Shown here one piece after another: positions 47,242 through 59,200 of a DNA stretch of 64,000 nucleotides (position 1 is the stretch's first letter; each line of letters begins with the position of its first letter). The notes under the pieces are model-generated. The model was not told the DNA's origin. It did not search any database and saw only the letters and a program-made list of their open reading frames with translations. The stretch comes from an uncultured virus (IMG/VR IMGVR_UViG_3300032093_000024) (Duplodnaviria; Heunggongvirae; Uroviricota; Caudoviricetes): the IMG/VR virus record IMGVR_UViG_3300032093_000024; one strand, 5' to 3'. The position numbers and the translations under genes were made by a program.

Positions 47242-50200
47242 TTATATTTGAAGTGCCAATGAGAACGGAGTTACCAATGAGAATAGAGATTTACTAAACG
47301 TTCTACCCACAAGAGTACCAGTTGCCTGGTTAATACTTAAACCAGTACCGATTCTAAAGTCACCATCTTGGTTACCGGATGTGAAGAAGATTCTACCCCC
47401 ACCCAATTCGGTAATTTCAAAAGCCGGATTTGCAACACCACTACCACCTTGGTTTGGAGGGAGTGCTTTAAATGTCACACCACTACCATTATAGGAGTAG
47501 TCAATACCAGTTGCCACAATTAGAGAACCAAATGATTCCAATGGTGCTCCAGCTGCGATAAACTCAGCTCTCGTTCTTAAATATCTATTTGTTTCAAGAG
47601 TCTCTAATTTTTGAGAAGAAATTACCGCTTGTGCACTTCCATATTGTCCTGTATAGTAAGAAGATGCTGCTGCAATTGCTCTTTCATTGCCACCATACAA
47701 CAAATCAGTTGCACATGCATCAACAATCAATCCAGTATCTCTTGAACAACTAGCTTCATTATATACTAAATATGGGAATGCTCCATTTGTATATCCGATT
47801 GCTCTTTGTTTCAATTCATCTTTAGCCGCTACTAATCTTGCTGCTGCTTGTCTTCTCTTTGTAGAAGGTGCTAAATAAGTTAATTGAGTGTTTCTAACTA
47901 ATTTTTCAGCTATACCTCTTGCAAAGTTAATACCATCTACAGTTTGTTTCTTTTGTCCAACTTCACCATTATCAGTATATGATTCTGCGATTGCTACTGA
48001 AGGTATTCTATAATAATAAGAACCTGCCTCAATACTTCTTTCATTACCACCATATACCAAGTCAGTTCTGATAGCGTCTATAATAAATCCTAAATCACGA
48101 GAACAACTTACTTCGTTATATTTTAATGTACTCCAAGAAGAACTCAAGAAAGTAATTGTTTCTTTTTGAATTAATGGTTTATTGAATGTTAATAGTTGAG
48201 CCGTTCTCATTAATGAACCAGAAGCAACCCACACATCTACATAAGTTGGATTTGTTACTGATTTACTTGCCAATCTTCCCGCATATCTTACACCAGTAAT
48301 TGTTGGGTCCAATTGGTTTTGTTCAGAAGGTACACCTGCGTTAGTTGCCCTTGATGGGAATAAATAATAGTATGTTCCCGCTATTACACTTCTTTCTTGT
48401 CCACCATAAAGAAGGTCAGTTGTTGCTGCATCAATCAAATACTTAACATCTCTACTACAACTTGCTTCGTTATATTTAACACCACTCCAAGAAGATGAAA
48501 CATATGCAATAGCTTCCGCCGCAATAAAGTTTTTGTTTTCTCTTAATAAGTAAACTGAAGAAGATACTGCCAAAGATGCTGTATTAAACTCAACGTTTTG
48601 TATTACCTTTTGTGCTATTCTACTTGCGTAGTTTATACCATCATTGGTTTGTTTTAATTGCCCATCACCATCTCCATCGCCCAATAAAGTTGCTTTAGAT
48701 GGATATTTGAAATAGAATTCTCCACTCATCACAGTTCTTTCATTACCACCATACAATAGGTCAGTTGCTACACCATCAATAATATATCCAACATCTCGTC
48801 TACACTTAGCTTTATCATAATTAAAGTTAGCCCAACTTGATGTTAAGTAATGTAATGTTTCTTCTTGTATAAACTCTCTATTACTTCTTAACAATGCTAC
48901 TGAAGCAGATACTACTTGCGATGCGGTAACAAATACTTTATTTTGAATAATGTTCTTAGCTATTCCACCCGCGTAATCAATTGCATTTACAGTAGATTCT
49001 AATTGAGAACCAGTAGCCAATGAAGGATATAAGAAATAATACAATCCTGCTTTAGCACTTCTCTCATTACCACCATAAAGAATATCAGTTGATACGGCAT
49101 CTATTAGGTGTCCAACATCCCTTCTACATTTAGATTCGGTATATTGTAAACCAACCCAAGAAGAACTTACATAAGCAATAGTTTCTTCTTGTATGAATGC
49201 CTTATTTTGTTTCATTAACGCGTGAGATGCTGATGCGTAGATTGAAGCGGTAAAGAATTGAGTATTTACAATTACTTTTTGTGCCAATTGCCCTGCATAT
49301 CTCATAGCATCCAATGTTTCATCTAATTGAGAACCAGTTGCCGCTGATGGATATAAGTAATAATATAATCCCGCAGTTCTTATTCTTTCATTACCACCAT
49401 AATAAACATCGGTTGCAACAGCGTCTATAATGTGAGAAATATCTCTCTTACACTTATCTTCGTTATATGTAAATGCTACATCAGAATTAGAACCAGTCAC
49501 CCAAGATGAACTAATATACGCTATTGTTTCATTCTGAATAAATGGTTTATTTTGATTTAGCAATGTCCATGCAGTTGTTCTTTCAATTGAAGCTGTTTGG
49601 TACTCAATATTTTGAAGTACTTTTTGTGCTAATTTACTTGCGTAGAATAATCCATCCAATGTGTAGTTCAATTGAGAATCAGTTGCTTGTGATGCTGATT
49701 CAAAATAGAACTTACCATTTACAATTGATGCAGAATCTACACCAAACAACATATCTTCAGCTGCACCACTAATAATCAATCCAACATCTCTCTTACATTT
49801 AGTTTCATCGTAAGATGCAGTACTCCAAGAAGAACTAATATACGCGATAGTTTCATTTTGAATGAATCCTATGTTTTCTTTTAATAAGTTATATGCGTAA
49901 TAAACATTAGATGCAGTTGATGGAGTTGTGTAAACTACAGGAGTTGGTAATGAAGCAGTTCCAATTGCCACAATATTTGTTACTATTGAAATTGATGCTG
50001 AAATTAAAGAAGCCTCATAAGTTGTTCCATAATTAGATGATGCAGTTATATACTGATTTGCATTTGTAAACTTAATACTTTCAGATGTATTTGAAATTAA
50101 TGATGGAATTGAACCCGTACCAACTTCTACAATATTTGTTACTACTGCAAATGATGAACTTACTCTATTCACTTCATATGCGGATGCTGAGTATGAAGCT

Positions 50201-53200
50201 GAGTATTGTGTTGTTCCAGTAACTTTAATATTATTCGCAGTATTCAATATAATTTGTGGTTCTGCTATTAAGTTACTATTAATGATTTGCTCAGTTAATC
50301 TTCTAGCATAATCAATTGCAGTTGTTGTTTCAACTACCTGCTCTGATTCGGTTGCCAATGAAGGATATAAGTAATAGAACTCTCCAGCTTTATTACTTCT
50401 TTCATTACCACCGTATAATAGGTCAGTTGCTACTGCATCTACAATATATCCAACATCTCTACGGCATTTAGATTCAATATAATCCAACTCAGGCCATTTA
50501 GCGTTTACAAACGCTACGGTTTCTTCCTGAATGAAAGTTTTGTTATTTTTAATTAGATTATATGCGGTTTGGTTGTTAGCAGATGGTGATACAAATGTTG
50601 AACCACTCACAATATTCATCGCTAATCCCCTAGCATGTCTAACGCCGGTTAATGTTGGTTCTAATTGTTCATCAGTTGCTTCGGATGGGTAATCATAATA
50701 ATATCTACCTGCAATAATACTTCTCTCATTACCACCATATAAAATATCGGTTGCAACCGCATCTATAATGTAACCTAAATCTCTTTCACATTTAGATTGA
50801 GAATACACAAATCCTTGCCAAGATGAACTTAAATACGCAATAGATTCTGATACTATAAATTGTTTGTTTGTTCTTAATGATGCCCAAGAAGAAGAAACAA
50901 ATGATGAAGAAAAATGTGTTAATACAGTATTTCTAACTACTTTTTCAGCCATTCCACCTGCAAACTTTAATGCAGTTACAGTCTGGTCTAATTGAGAACC
51001 AGTAGCTTGAGAAGGATAGTCAAAATAGAATCTTCCATTTACGAAAGATGCGGAGTTTCCACCATATAATAAATCAAATGCTGCACCACTTATAATTAAC
51101 CCTACATCTCTACTACAACTTGCCTCATTATATACAAATGTTGACCAAGATGAACTCATAAATGCAATTGTTTCATCTATAATCATTTGTTTATTATCTA
51201 ATAATAAATTATACGCATTATTGATTTTTGCATTAGTATTTGGAGTAATAGCAGGTGCCTCATAAACAACTGAACTCGTACCATCATTTAATAATGTATC
51301 AATTACTAAAGAGAATGATGAAGAAATAAGTTTAGCTTGTAATCTATCTGCACTACTTCCACTTATTATTTGCGGTGTTGCTGTAACTTTAATACTTGCA
51401 GATGTATTTGGTATTAATGTTGGAATTACCGATGTTCCGGTATTTACTATATTCAATACAATACCAAACAAGTTACCAATTCTATTTATTTCAGAACCAC
51501 TACCCGTAATTGAAATTGCGGTTGCGGTTGTTGTTTTTATTGAAGAAGAAGTATTTGAAACCAATGTTGGTATAGAACCAGTTCCATTGTTTATAATATT
51601 AATTACGTTTCCAAATGAACTACTAATACTTGCAGTTTGGGTGTTATACGTTCCACTTCCTAAACTTTGTGTTATTGATGAAATATGCAATAAAGTTGGT
51701 GTACTTAATTGGAATCCATAATTGTAATTATTTGCCAAACTATCAGGCACAGACGCAGAACCCCAATAAATAATATCTCTTATTAATCCAAATGATGCCG
51801 TTGTTATACCAACTTCAATTGAACTTGCTGATACAGATGAAGTAATTTGAGATTCATTTGATACTTTAATAGAAGAACTTGAGTTTGTTACAAGTGGTGG
51901 TACTACATTCAATCCACCTGCAATAATTTCAGTAACTAATGCAAATGATGAACTCACTTTATTAATTTCTACTGTTGTGGCAGATATTGATGATGTAATT
52001 GGAGTTATATGACTTACTCTAATATTTGCATTAGTATTTGAAACTAAAGTAGGTGAAGATAATTGTAAATTTTGAACTATCTTTTTAGAAAGTGATTTTG
52101 CATATTCAACACCCGCTACAGTTTCAACTACCTGGTCAACTTTAGTTGCTTTAGATGGATATCTATAATAGTAATCACCAGCAATAATACTTCTCTGATT
52201 ACCACCATACCAAAGGTCAGTTGCTACGTTATCAACGATATACCCAACATCCCTTCTACATTTTTCTCTATTATATCTCAAATATGGATAGAAAGCATCA
52301 ATAAATTGAATAGTTTCGTTTTGTATAAATGTTCTATTATTTTTAAGAAGATTATACGAAGATGAAACAAATTCAGTTGGTGAAGTCAATAATTGTGAAG
52401 ATATTACTTTTTGTGAAATACCCGCTGCAAATTGAATACCATCAATAGTAGGTCCTTTTTGTGCATTCGTTGTTGGAGAAATTGATGAAGTATATACTGC
52501 TGCAGAAGGATATAAATAATAGTATTCACCTGCTTTAGAACTTCTTTCGTTACCACCATATAATAGGTCAGTTGCTACATTATCAATAATATACGCAACA
52601 TCTCTACTACAACTTAATTCGTTAAATGTAAAACCACCAACATTAGTCCAAGATGAACTCAAAAATGCAATAGTTTCTTTTTGAATTAATTGTTTATTTT
52701 GTCTTAACAAATTCCATGCAGTAAGTTCTGAATTAGTAGGTTGTAATAATGTTATATTTTTTGCTACCTTTTCAACTAAACCTTTAGCGTGTTTAATACC
52801 ATCCAATGTTTGGTCTAATTGTCCTTCATCATTACCATCACCTTCTACTATTGCAAGAGATGGATATAAATAATAGTATTCACCAGCTTCTCTACTTCTC
52901 TCATTTCCACCATAAAGTATATCAGTTGCCACAGCGTCAATTATGTAACCAACATCCCTTCTACATTTAATTTGGTCATATTGGAAAAAACTCCATGCAG
53001 AATTAAGGAATCCAATAGTTTCAGTTTGTACTAAATCTTTATTTTCTTTTACTAAATTATATGTAGTTTGAACTGAAAGTGAAGCTGTTACAAATACTCT
53101 ATTATTAAGTATTTGCTCCACCATATGCTTAGCGTGCTTAATACCACTTAATGTTGGTCCTAATTGAGATGTTGTTGCTTGAGATGGGTATCTATAATAA

Positions 53201-56200
53201 AACTCCCCTGCCTCTATACTTCTTTCATTACCACCATAAACTAAATCAGTTGCAACTGCATCTAAAATATAACCAACATCTCTTTTACATGTTTGTTCGT
53301 TATATGATGCAGTACTCCAACTTGCAGAAACATATGCGATAACTTCATCGGCAATAAATCCTTTATTATTGTAAATCAACTCTCTTGCCTGCAATCTATT
53401 TTGAGATACTTTACTAAATGTATTACCTCTTAATAGTTTATCTGCCAAATCTCTTGCATATCCAATACCAGTAACAGTTTCTTGTATTTGTGAGCCTGTT
53501 GCTTCTGATGGATAAAGGTAATAATAAACTCCTGCTTTAATTGTTCTTTCGTTGCCACCCCACTTAACATCAGTTGCCACTGCGTCAATTATATAACCAA
53601 CATCTCTCTTACAAGTATTTTGGTCATAAGAATGAGATGCCCAAGAAGAAGATAAATATGCAATTGTTTCTTCTTGAATAAATCTTTTGTTGTTTACTAA
53701 AATATCATGTGCAACTAATGATTGTGAATTTGGATATGATAATACCGTATTTACAATTAGTTTTTGTGCTAATCTACTTGCATAGAATACTCCATCTAAA
53801 GTTTGATTTAATTGTGAACCTTGTGCTTGAGATGGGTAATCGTAATAAAATTTACCGTTTACTACTGATGCGGAGTTACTATTCCAAATAAGGTCTTCAG
53901 CTGCGCCACTAATAATTAATCCAACATCTCTACGGCATTTTTCTTCATCATAAGATGCAGTTGACCAAGATGAACTCAAATAAGCAATAACTTCATTTTG
54001 TATGAATGGTATATTTTGTTTTAATATTCCGTATGCTGCTAATACAGCCGATGAAGATACCGATGAAGTATATGATGATGTAGGTAAATTTGCTATAAAT
54101 GAACCAGTACCATTTGATATAATATTTGTTACTATTGAAATAGATGCCGATATTGCATTTACTTCGGTTTGTGTTGCAGATGATGCAGAAATGTATTGTG
54201 GTGTTGATGTAACTTTAATATTATTTACAGTATTTAGAACAAGTGTTGGTAAAGAGCCTGTACCATTTTCTAATATATTAATTACTCTATTAAAACTAGA
54301 AGTTATATTATTAGCTAATGATTTAGATACTGCAACTGATGATGAATATTGAGTTTCATTTGTTATTCTCAACAATGCGTTTACATTCTTTACCAATGTT
54401 GGTAATGAGCCAGTTCCTTCTTTCACAATATCTAAAACAATATCAAAACTATTGTTTGAGCCAGTAATAAATGTATTAGATATAGATGCGGTTGAAATAA
54501 ATTGAGGATAGTTTGTATTTTTAATTAATCCACTTGCATTATTTACCAAATTTGGAATTGAACCAGTACCATTTGCTATAATATCCAATACTATATTAAA
54601 ACCAGTAGTTACTTTTGCAGAATCAGATGGAAGTGGTTGTACCGATGAACTAAATTGATTATTAGTTAAACGTATAACACCCTTTATTGAAGAAGATGTA
54701 ATTGTTGGTATTGCAGAAATACCTTTATCTATAATATTAATTACATTTCCAAATGATTGAGATACAATGTTTTTATCGGTTTGATTTACAATACTTGAAG
54801 TAATTGTTTGTACTTCACTAGTCTTTTTAATACCATTTTCAGTATTTGAAACTAAAGTTGGAAACGCAGAACTACCACTTTCAATAATTTTTGCTACATT
54901 ATCAAAACTATCTTCTATTGCCTTACCACCAATCGCAACCAACTTTGCCAAATCTCTCGTAAATCTTACTGCATCGGTTGTTTCGGTTACTTGTGCATCC
55001 GTTGCTTGTGATGGGTATAAGAAATAGAATCTTCCTGCAGTAATTGCTCTCTCATTTCCACCATATACTAAATCAGTTAAAACATTATCAGTTATAAATC
55101 CAACATCTCTAAAGCATTTAGATTGTATATAATTTAATGTTGGATATGTATCGTTCACATACTCAATAGTATTTTGTTGTAAGAATGTTCTATTATCTTT
55201 TACTAATTTTCTTGCGGCTAATACAGCTTCAGATGGATTAGTTAAACTAACATTCTTAATAATATTTTGTACTAATTGATTTGCGTAATAAACACCTGTT
55301 ATAGTTGGGTCTAATTGCTGAGATACGGAAGGTTCTCCACCCACCGTTGCTGCAGATGGATATCTATAATAAAAATCACCAGCAACAATACTTCTTTCAT
55401 TTCCACCATATACCAAATCAGTTCTTACTGCATCTAAAATATATCCCACATCTCTTTTACACTTAGCCTCATTATAATAAACTCCACTCCAAGAAGATGA
55501 AACATATTCTACAACTTCTGCCGCAATAAGTTCTTTGTTTCTTCTTATTAACTCACTTGCGTTTATTGAATTAAGTGAAGCTTGTGTGAATGTTTCTCCA
55601 ACAACAATCTTTTGTGCTAATCTACTTGCGTAGTTGATAGCATCAGTTGTTTGAATTAATTGTGAACCAGTTGCTGCCGATGGATATGTAAAATAGTAAT
55701 CCGCTGCTATTCTAGTTCTTTCATTACCGCCATAGATAATATCAGTTCTGATTGCATCTAAAATATATCCAATATCCCTTCTACAAGTTGTTTCATTGTA
55801 ATCAAAACTTCCCCAAGATGAACTCATATATGCTATGGTTTCATCTGCTATAAAATCTTTGTTATTCAATATCAAGAATGAAGCACTTGCTCTACTTCCA
55901 GTAAATTGTTGTAATTCTATATTTTGAATTAATTTTTGTGCTAATCTACTTGCGTAGTTAATACCATCTAAAGTTTGTGCCAATTGAGAACCAGTAGCCT
56001 GCGATGGATATTCATAATAGAATTGTCCATTTACTACTGATGATGAATTTACGTTAAAAATTAAATCTTCAGCGGCACCACTAATAATTAATCCAACATC
56101 TCTACGGCATTTAGCTTCATCATACTCAAATGTACTCCAAGAAGAACTTAAATATGCTATTGTTTCGTCTTGTATGAAATCAATATTTTGTTTAATTATT

Positions 56201-59200
56201 TCATAAGCAGCTCTTGCATTAGATGATGATAATGGAGCCGTATATGGTTGCTTACCAAATACACCTGCACTCTCACCTCTTTCAATAATTTTAGTTACAA
56301 TTGAAATTGAAGATGAAATAAATGCAACATCTTCCAAGCTTCCACTATAAGATGAAGAAACGTATTGTTCAGTTGCACTTACTTTAATATTTTGAGATAA
56401 AGAAGAAGTTAATACAGGTATTACCGATTTACCACTTACTAATACATCGGTAATAAGTTTCATTGATGAACTAATACTTTGTGATTCTGCAGTTGTTGCT
56501 GGTATTGCCAAAGTTTCTAACGATGTAGCAGTTACTTTAATGTTTGCCGCTACACTTGATGTATAAAGTGGAATTGAACCAGTACCATTTGTAATTATTG
56601 TACCTATCAATGATATAGATGCGGACAATGAACTACTTAACGCACCACTTGCGGCATTTGAACCACTATATTGTGCTAATGAAGTTACTTTTATCGCATT
56701 TGCCTGTGAGTATGTGATTGCTGGTTCAGCTGCAATACCACCTGCAATAATTGTATTTACAATATCATATCCACTTCCAATTTTATTAACTTCGGATGGA
56801 GATACAAATGATGATGTAACCTGTGAACCAGATGTTACATTAAGAGGATTATCTTTACCCCAATTTAAACCCGTATTTTGTGCCAATATTGAAGGTACAG
56901 CGGATATACCTCTTTTAATAATTCCTTCAATAATTGCAAAAGAACTACTAATAGAATTTTGTTGAGTTTGCGTACCACTATTTGATGATGTTACATTTGT
57001 ATTATTTGTAACTTTAAAATTTCTCTCATCATTATTTACAATTCTTGGTGTATCTAAAATAATATTACTTACAATATAATCAGTAATAATTTTTGCGTAT
57101 TTAATTGCACCAATTGTTTCTCTTCTTTGAGTTGTTGTAGCAATAGATGGGTATTCATAATAATATTTACCTGCTATTACACTTCTCTCATTTCCACCAT
57201 ACAACAAGTCAGTTGAAACATTATCTAATATGTATCCAACATCACGTCTACACTTTTCTTGGTTATATGATAATTGTGGAAAAGCAACATTTACAAATTC
57301 AATTACTTCATTTTGTATTAAACTCTTATTACTTCTTATTAAAGAGTATGCAGCTTGTGAAGATGTAGTTGGTAAACTAAATGTTTTTCCTGCAACTAAA
57401 TTATTTACTAAACCTGCTGCAAAGCGAATACCATCTAAAGTTTGTCCCAATTGTCCATTACCATCACCATCTCCCTCAACAATCGCTAATGAAGGATATA
57501 AATAATAAAATTCACCCGCTTCAATACTTCTTTCATTACCTCCATATAGAGTATCAGTTGCTACAGCATCTAGAATATAACCAACATCTCGTTTACACTT
57601 TGCTTCATTATAATAAAAATTAGACCAAGAAGAAGATAAAAATGCAATAGTTTCATTTTGTATAAATGATTTATTGTTATTGATTACTTGCCATGCAGTT
57701 TTTCTTTTTTGTGTATATGCATCTAAATCAATATCCCTAAATGTTTTATTTTTGATAAGTTCAATTGCTAATCTAGCTGCGTATTTTACTGCTGTTTTGG
57801 TTGGGTCTTTTTGTGATGTAATTGCACTAGATGGATATTCGTAATAGAATCTACCTGCAGTAATACTTTTATCATTACCACCCAATAATAGGTCTTGCGC
57901 AACAGCATCAATCAAGAAACCAACATCTCTACGGCAGGTTGCCTCATTGTAATAGAATCCATCTACACCACTCCAAGAAGATGAAATATACTGTATTACT
58001 TCTTCTTGAATAAATGCTTTACTTCCGGTAAGAATTTCAAATGCGTTAATTATATCAGTGTCTTCACTAGCCACACTTCCACTTATAGTTGCTGGATATG
58101 TTAGTGTATTTGCAATTAATTCTCTTGGAGTTTCTGAATTATTTATTATAAAGAATCTACCACTTAATGTATTATTAATTTGTGATGTATAATATAATGT
58201 ATTTGGTGCATCATATGGTACAGTGAACGTAATATTACCAACACTATCACCATTATTTATTACGCCTTTATTATAATCAAAAGTGTTTGCAATAGTTTCA
58301 ACTGGTTGTGTTCTTATAAAGAATGGATAATCAATTCCACCTTGTCCTTCCGATGCACTTACATAAAATTTATAAGTTTCACCTCTAAATAAAGTTATTG
58401 TAGGATTATTACCAACACCATCCCAATTATAAGATGAACTGTTTACATTTGTAATTGTATAATTTCTTCTATGGTTATTTGGAATTGGTAAAATATTACT
58501 ACCAGTACCATTTGATAATATGTTATAAATTATACTAAAACTTGCACTTACTTTATTAATTGTTTCTACTGAAGATGAGATACCACTTTGAACTGGTTCT
58601 AATCCACCAATATAAAAACTTGCACTTAATGAAGAAGTTAATTTTGGTACAACACTTAATCCATTTTTTATAATATCTATTACGGTTTCAAAAGATGAAC
58701 TTATACTAGCGGTTACATCATTTGGTAATGCCGGAGAAGCAGGTGATGGTATTATTGATGTTCTTCTAATACTTGCCGATGTTGATGATTTAAAATCATA
58801 GGAACCAGTACCATTTGAAAAAATACCTAATAATACACCAAACGAAGAGCTAATTTGATTTAAATCTCCTTGAGATGCAGATAGTGGAGTAGCCGAACCA
58901 GAATAAGAGCCTGTAATTTGTGTTGCTCCTAAAATATTATAAGGTGATTCTGAACTAAATCCTTTATTTGAACTTCTTGCTAATAACGTAGGATAATTTG
59001 AAGTACCACTATCTACTATTTCACTTACTAATTTAAAATCCGCTGAAATTTCATCCGCAGCGGTTGAAGATAATTCTACTCCAGATGAAGTAGTGTATTG
59101 TGGAAATTGAGAAGGAGATGATAAACGGATACCTTCCGCTGTATTTAATGTTGTTACTTCAGGCAATGCATCTAACCCTCTATTCAATACATCAACAACT

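Noticed and set aside
47540..58050. Recurrent DNA repeats as diversity-generating retroelement TR/VR pairs or invertible segments
   Set aside because: Differences are spread over synonymous positions rather than adenine-specific; no reverse transcriptase or recombinase nearby; all copies are direct and in frame.
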